Shown here: piece by piece, positions 34,177 through 39,178 of the stretch | How positions within the stretch are numbered: position 1 is the first letter of the stretch | Layout: the number at the start of each line of letters is the position of its first letter | IMG/VR virus record: IMGVR_UViG_3300026196_000016 | Coordinates: 1-39,178 of that record | Strand: one strand, 5' to 3' | DNA length: 39,178 nucleotides | From: a virus | Taxonomy: Duplodnaviria > Caudoviricetes | Translations under genes and position numbers: made by a program | The notes under the pieces: generated by a model | Database searches by the model: none | The model's input: the letters and a program-made list of their open reading frames with translations, nothing else | Told to the model about the DNA's origin: nothing

Positions 34177-35349
34177 CTATGGAATCTGTACTAGTAAAAC
34201 CTGTGCAAAATTCTCTTCTGTGCCGTCATCGACCGCTAGACCAAATCCGTTTGTTGCAATCGTCGTATCAACATAATGCTCTATCTGATATTCATCCGTG
34301 CCATTCGCCGTAATGAGTCCGACTAAAAACGCCGCTGTGCCGAATCCGCTTCCTGATCCTAATCCGCTGGTACTTTGCCCCTGAATCACAACCGTATCAG
34401 AATCGGTGTGATTCACCAATCGAATCTTATGTGTCAACGCCTCATAAGACGGAGCAAATGCAAATACTAGATAGGTTCCGGCTGTCGGAGTAAAGCGGTT
34501 TGCCGCAATCGTTACGATATTATCCGGGTCCTGTTCTGCGTTTAAATCACGTTGTACCCACGTTGCGCCGGTTGATCCGCCGCCGTCTACTGTCGTCGCC
34601 TTGCTGTCGTAGACCCGCGCCACGGAAGGGGTTGAACCTGATTGCACCAGCAAATTTCCAATGTTCTCATCCAATTGTGCCAGACGCGAATTAATTTCTC
34701 TCGCACTGACAAATCCTGTAGGCTGTAACATCGTAATTGCGCCGAATGACGCCGCACTGCCGCCGCTCGTGGGAGATACATTGATTAAGATGATCAATTC
34801 ATAAATTTCCTCAATCGCCGGGACACTATTGTCGATACCTAGCCCGTAGCTTGCGACCGCCAATTCGGTGTAATGTTCGACCTGATACGCATCCGTCCCG
34901 TTCGCCGCGAACACTGCCAGCAAATAAGCGTTTGTCATACTGTTTTTAGCCGCTGGCGAAATAGCGACGCTACCATAAGCCGTCACATTTCCGGCTGTCA
35001 CATTTTTTAATCGCGCTTTATGCAATCCCACTTTATAAGCCGGGCATATCGCAAATAAGATATACGTCCCTGCGTCCGGTGTGATCTGATTGCTATCCGT
35101 TGCATAAAACGCATTTCCGGTGTTCACAATCTGATTGAATGTGCGCACGCTCCAATCAGCCGCCAGACTCGCTCCTGCGCGGGTGCCATTTGTCTGTTGA
35201 TTGCGGAAGACTGCCGCCTGTGTAAATCCGTTGGCGACTTTTGCCACTAATGCCGCGTCAAGATCACTCAGAGCACCGTTGAAAGCCGTGAGTGTATCCG
35301 CCGCGCCTAATCCACCTGTTAATGAGGTATGGTTTGCATTGCTTCCCAT
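34177..35349 (-). CDS. Tail fibre / receptor-binding-like protein (two tandem domain copies)
   Basis: Two internal copies of the same roughly 150-aa domain. Confidence 0.65.
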   Translation of the reverse strand: MGSNANHTSLTGGLGAADTLTAFNGALSDLDAALVAKVANGFTQAAVFRNQQTNGTRAGASLAADWSVRTFNQIVNTGNAFYATDSNQITPDAGTYILFAICPAYKVGLHKARLKNVTAGNVTAYGSVAISPAAKNSMTNAYLLAVFAANGTDAYQVEHYTELAVASYGLGIDNSVPAIEEIYELIILINVSPTSGGSAASFGAITMLQPTGFVSAREINSRLAQLDENIGNLLVQSGSTPSVARVYDSKATTVDGGGSTGATWVQRDLNAEQDPDNIVTIAANRFTPTAGTYLVFAFAPSYEALTHKIRLVNHTDSDTVVIQGQSTSGLGSGSGFGTAAFLVGLITANGTDEYQIEHYVDTTIATNGFGLAVDDGTEENFAQVLLVQIP

Positions 35350-37176
35350 TTATGCCGCCTTTCCGCGTGTAATGATGTTCTGTACCATGATTTGAAACCT
35401 GATTTCGCCCTGCCCGCCGGTACAACTGGCGACGATCGGATGGGTTGTCTGGAATCCTCCGACTTTATTGCGCACTTCATCGGTGATGTTAATTTCGAGG
35501 TTGGTTAACCCCGCGCCAGATGTATCGAGGTTGCTCGCCACCGTCGTTCCGTTAACCGTAATCGACACATGATCCGGGTAATCCGTGTCTGTATAAACTC
35601 CATACTCTTGAGCACCATCTGCGCTAACAGTATAAATATCCCCCACTGATGAGGCGACGGCCAGAACAACCGTCGTCGATCCGACCGCGCCCGCATCCGC
35701 CGCCGCCGAAAAAATATTATTGCCTGCCAGATCAGCATTCGAGCTTATCCAGTTAAACATCTGATGCCTATGGGCCGCGCTTTTCGCCGTGCTCCCAAAC
35801 GGTGTTGTTGTGATATACAACGTTACCTTATCAATATCAACCGTTTGATCGTCGATGATAAACTCGCTCGTGCCGGTGTTGCTGGCATCCATCGGCGACT
35901 GATACGGACCCCACACATACTTATTGAGCGTCGCTTGATAACCCACTTCCTGAACGTCGATCGCGTCCACCTGTCCCACAATGATTTGTTCTTCCCCCAT
36001 CGCCACCCGGTCAATGTTCGATAAATCCAGAGCAACGCTTTCGCCGCTCATGCTCAAACTTTCGTCAACGCTCAAAATCCAGTAATCGCCGCTGATGTCC
36101 ACCAGTGTATTTGGCACACCGTTTTGATTGACCACGCCGATATAATCCACAGCCACCTTATCCCCCACCGCAAAATTGACATCCGGCTTAAATACATGCA
36201 CCGTCAATTGTTCCACCGGGTCCTTATGCCGTGCTAGCCATTCATTCGCCGCGATTGCCAGATCATCGCTCGCGTTAGCAACTTCAGTTGCACTGGCTCC
36301 CGTTGGCGCGATTTTTTTAAAGTTTACTCGTGCCTCAATTGTCCCGTAAGCCGTGATACTGGTGGAATCGGAATAATAATAGACCGTTCGCCCGTCGGGA
36401 CCCGTTTCACTCTGCCGTGTATAGGTCGTGACCGCTGTTGATTGTTCCAGCGTCAGGAAGCTGTCTCCATCCCCTGCACCGCTTGGATAAATCTTGTTCA
36501 CGATGTCCGCGCTGTTGTCGAGAACTTTCATTGATTCAATCGGGATTACCGTTGACGCCCGTTCCACTTCGGGATGATCGCCCTCAAATTTACGTAGCGT
36601 ATAGCCATTGCTGTCACCGAATGCCCCGAATTCCAGCGTTTTAAACGTGCTGGTGAGGCGCATGTGATAGCCTTTTTGACTGGCTATCGCCTGTAATGCC
36701 TTTAATACACTCGCCCCGTCAAATCGTGTGCTGATATTCCCGCTCACACTATCATAACTCGCCGTCCATCCTGCCAGCGTCAGCAATGCCGATACCACCG
36801 TCTGCACCGTTTGATCCGCATAAGACCGCGCATAATTCGTTGATTTGTTAAGCAGTAGGCTCATAACATCTGAACCCGTTGCTTTCAACCGAAAACCCTG
36901 GGCATCTTCCACGAACTGCCGTTTCTCAACTACCATTGCACCTTTGAGAATTGGCGTCTTCGGTTCCTCCTGCCACCAGATTTCGACCACTGATTTGACC
37001 GTGAGTAGATCATGCGCCCGTGCCAGAAATTCTAGACCGATCACCGGCGAATCAATATCGATTGACCCGGGTCCATCAAACGCGCGCGTAATCCGTGCTG
37101 TCGCCAGCGGGATCACATTATTTGTTTTAGGCGCACTATACGCCGCGTTGTAAACCTCTGCCCACAGATAAATCAC
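35350..37176 (-). CDS. Baseplate hub / tail spike (Tal-like) protein
   Basis: 608 aa after the Dit-like gene; IVNKIYPSGAG, SITAYG and VGDKV patterns. Confidence 0.72.
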   Translation of the reverse strand: MIYLWAEVYNAAYSAPKTNNVIPLATARITRAFDGPGSIDIDSPVIGLEFLARAHDLLTVKSVVEIWWQEEPKTPILKGAMVVEKRQFVEDAQGFRLKATGSDVMSLLLNKSTNYARSYADQTVQTVVSALLTLAGWTASYDSVSGNISTRFDGASVLKALQAIASQKGYHMRLTSTFKTLEFGAFGDSNGYTLRKFEGDHPEVERASTVIPIESMKVLDNSADIVNKIYPSGAGDGDSFLTLEQSTAVTTYTRQSETGPDGRTVYYYSDSTSITAYGTIEARVNFKKIAPTGASATEVANASDDLAIAANEWLARHKDPVEQLTVHVFKPDVNFAVGDKVAVDYIGVVNQNGVPNTLVDISGDYWILSVDESLSMSGESVALDLSNIDRVAMGEEQIIVGQVDAIDVQEVGYQATLNKYVWGPYQSPMDASNTGTSEFIIDDQTVDIDKVTLYITTTPFGSTAKSAAHRHQMFNWISSNADLAGNNIFSAAADAGAVGSTTVVLAVASSVGDIYTVSADGAQEYGVYTDTDYPDHVSITVNGTTVASNLDTSGAGLTNLEINITDEVRNKVGGFQTTHPIVASCTGGQGEIRFQIMVQNIITRGKAA

Positions 37177-37203
37177 GTCTCAATAATCCCTTTTATGTAG
37201 ATT
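37176..37203. other. dif/lox-like 28-bp site
   Basis: CGTCTCAATAA TCCCTT TTATGTAGATT. Confidence 0.72.
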
Positions 37204-37558
37204 GCTTTCTTGGTGGCTGAACTTCCAGCTTGATCCGTTTTTTGTTGCGTTTGGAATAAATCCCATCGGCACTGAATACCAGATCGCCCGGTTGTTCGTT
37301 CGATGCCCTCAATACGGGATATTGAAATAGCTCGAACGCCCTGTTTTTGTCGATGCGTTCGAGCATCACGACATCGCCTGTATCCGGCGTCTCTACAAGG
37401 CGCAATTCATCGCCTTGCGGCAGGTACAGCGCGCGGAGTTGCGTCCGTAGCCGGTCACTGAGCGTCTGATGTTGTTGCTCCAGTACCCGCAATTGTGCGC
37501 GAACGTCGTCTATATCCTGCATTAATTTTGCCAATCCTGCATATGGATCACTCGCCAT
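37193..37558 (-). CDS. Hypothetical protein between Dit and hub genes
   Basis: 121 aa; bounded by a REP-like hairpin upstream and a dif-like site at its stop. Confidence 0.6.
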   Translation of the reverse strand: MASDPYAGLAKLMQDIDDVRAQLRVLEQQHQTLSDRLRTQLRALYLPQGDELRLVETPDTGDVVMLERIDKNRAFELFQYPVLRASNEQPGDLVFSADGIYSKRNKKRIKLEVQPPRKQST

Positions 37559-37671
37559 GTCTTTATCGCTTTCTTGATAATGTCTTGTCTTAGCTCCATC
37601 GATGGAGCTGAACCATCAATACTTTCTTAACTTTCCCCCTCGCCCATTGGGAGAGGGGTTAGGGGTGAGGG

Positions 37672-38535
37672 CTATATCCACGTATCCCAGAAATCAATCG
37701 TGAATAGTGCATGTCCCGCAAACGTTCCGCTGATATACAGCGTCGTATCGCCTTCAGGAATTTCCAGCCATGCCCCGCTCCCGCGTGTCAATGCGCTTTC
37801 ATCTGTGACCGTATACGTCCGTGCATCGATCTCGATCACATCCGTCGCCGCGAAATTTTTAGTGTATAGCAGGCTATCAACCACTTCACCATACTGGTTT
37901 TTACGTTCGATTAACGGATTGCTAAACGTATCGCTTCCGTTCCCTTCCCATCGAACCCATGCCGCCGCTGGTGCGTTGCCGCGATTCGTGACTGTCACCG
38001 TCGAACCATCCAGCACTGACGATTGATCGAGCTTGAGCGATGGAAGCATCAGCTCCGCGTCATCCCAGTTGAAGCCGTCGTTCCAGAACACCATTTCCGG
38101 CTTGTTGTACCATCTTGCATCGGGACACTGGAACGTCATCTGACACAATTGCTGTAAATGCGGCACACGATTTGCCACTTGCGGACTATTGAATGAGGAT
38201 AAGCTCGCCCACGTCCACATCAATTCCCCGTTTTCGTGCAACTTGAATAACCGTTGCATCCCCCATGATGCCATGCGCCGTAATTGGCTCACATCATAGC
38301 CGATCTGCCCCATGCCCCCGAATTCACCCGTTTTCACCCACGTCACATAACGCACGTTCCCGACTTCGCTCGGACCGCGTCCGAGTCCATATGGCGAAAT
38401 ACCGCCGTCCTTGCCCGGAACATTCGTCGTCGTCTGTCGGATGTTGGCGAAATTATCGCTATATTCGGTTTGATTGCGTTGGATAAACGTCCGACTTTGA
38501 ACGCTTCCCGTCCCGAATCTTACGAGGCTATCCAT
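37672..38535 (-). CDS. Distal tail (Dit-like) protein
   Basis: After the tape measure; VPGKDG, FQCPDARWY, VTNRGNAPA and WLEIPEGDTTL. Confidence 0.78.
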   Translation of the reverse strand: MDSLVRFGTGSVQSRTFIQRNQTEYSDNFANIRQTTTNVPGKDGGISPYGLGRGPSEVGNVRYVTWVKTGEFGGMGQIGYDVSQLRRMASWGMQRLFKLHENGELMWTWASLSSFNSPQVANRVPHLQQLCQMTFQCPDARWYNKPEMVFWNDGFNWDDAELMLPSLKLDQSSVLDGSTVTVTNRGNAPAAAWVRWEGNGSDTFSNPLIERKNQYGEVVDSLLYTKNFAATDVIEIDARTYTVTDESALTRGSGAWLEIPEGDTTLYISGTFAGHALFTIDFWDTWI

Positions 38536-38556
38536 GTAACCTCCCTAGAAATGAGG

Positions 38557-38584
38557 TGTCTATATAAAAGCTCTTATTCAGAAT
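38557..38584. other. dif/lox-like 28-bp site
   Basis: TGTCTATATAA AAGCTC TTATTCAGAAT. Confidence 0.7.
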
Positions 38585-38594
38585 CCGGTGAGGG

Positions 38595-39178
38595 TTAACC
38601 ACGTGTCACCCCCTGCCGCACCATCTCACGCACCACCCGCCCGGCAAACGCCTGACCATTCTCCCCTGGCTGTTGGGTAACATAAATATTGACGCCACCC
38701 ATCGCGCCGTTAGGCGTAATCGCTCCGCTTTGATCCGGCGTGAACAATTCCGGTCCACGTTCCCCTACCATATACGGCTGTCCTGCCACCACATCGCCTC
38801 CGTTCGCCTTGCCTGCGATCCGATCGCTGACATTGCTATACGATAACCGCGCCGCTATATCACCCACAATGCCCCCACCAAATTGACTCGCCACCGCTCC
38901 GAACGATGCCGCGTCCAATTGTTGTCGGTTGACTGCCCCACTCTTTAATTCATCCGCTAATTGCCCGCGCGCATAACTGACGCCCGTCGCCACCGTGTTA
39001 TTAAAATTACTCACCGCCGCGATTACACCGGCTATCGCCGCGCCCACTGCCACAATCGGACCGATCGCCGCCATCATCGCCGTTCCCAGCGTTCCCGTTG
39101 TGACCGCCGCTGTACCTTCTGCCGCCGATGCGATTCCAAGAGCACCGGAAAATAAGCTCCACAATCCCGTCGCCACAC
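38595..39178 (-). CDS. Tail tape measure protein, C-terminal part
   Basis: KANGGDV..GQPYMVGERGPELFTP tape-measure C-terminal motif; continuous with 1-1372. Confidence 0.9.
   Translation of the reverse strand, partial: VATGLWSLFSGALGIASAAEGTAAVTTGTLGTAMMAAIGPIVAVGAAIAGVIAAVSNFNNTVATGVSYARGQLADELKSGAVNRQQLDAASFGAVASQFGGGIVGDIAARLSYSNVSDRIAGKANGGDVVAGQPYMVGERGPELFTPDQSGAITPNGAMGGVNIYVTQQPGENGQAFAGRVVREMVRQGVTRG
39032..39178. repeat. Terminal direct repeat, copy 2
   Basis: Matches 1-147. Confidence 0.95.

Noticed and set aside
33602-35349. Diversity-generating retroelement acting on tail fibres
   Set aside because: No reverse transcriptase in the genome and no TR/VR pair with adenine-specific mismatches.
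1-39178. Genome-wide TAA stop-codon reassignment suggested by the UUA tRNA
   Set aside because: Core genes are full length under the standard code, and many end in TAA directly before the next RBS or start.

Overview
The window is an apparently complete temperate siphovirus-type genome of about 39.03 kb, assembled as a circle: bases 1-147 repeat at 39032-39178 and the tape-measure gene reads in frame across the junction. The minus strand carries terS, a ClpP-like gene, terL, portal, head and tail genes, a membrane-protein lysis region with no recognisable endolysin, and a replication/ParAB block. The plus strand carries an integrase followed by a tRNA-Pro-like attP core, a second intact tyrosine recombinase, a DNA methyltransferase, an orphan DndC-like enzyme, and small early genes behind a perfect sigma70 promoter. 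The most striking unannotated signal is a set of about 17 dif/lox-like 28-bp sites (roughly nnTCTAnATAA-N6-TTATnTAGAnn) at gene boundaries across the whole genome. Almost all have different 6-bp spacers; one pair brackets the second recombinase gene, and the only matched-spacer pair brackets the DNA-modification genes. This suggests a recombinase-addressed modular phage genome. Other signals are a tRNA-like gene with a UUA anticodon and 6-bp anticodon stem, a six-copy late promoter motif, REP-like hairpins (two in frame inside genes), repeats with inverted 6-bp hairpin loops, two candidate sRNAs and a canonical -1 tail-chaperone frameshift. All protein calls come from motif recognition and synteny by eye; no searches were run.
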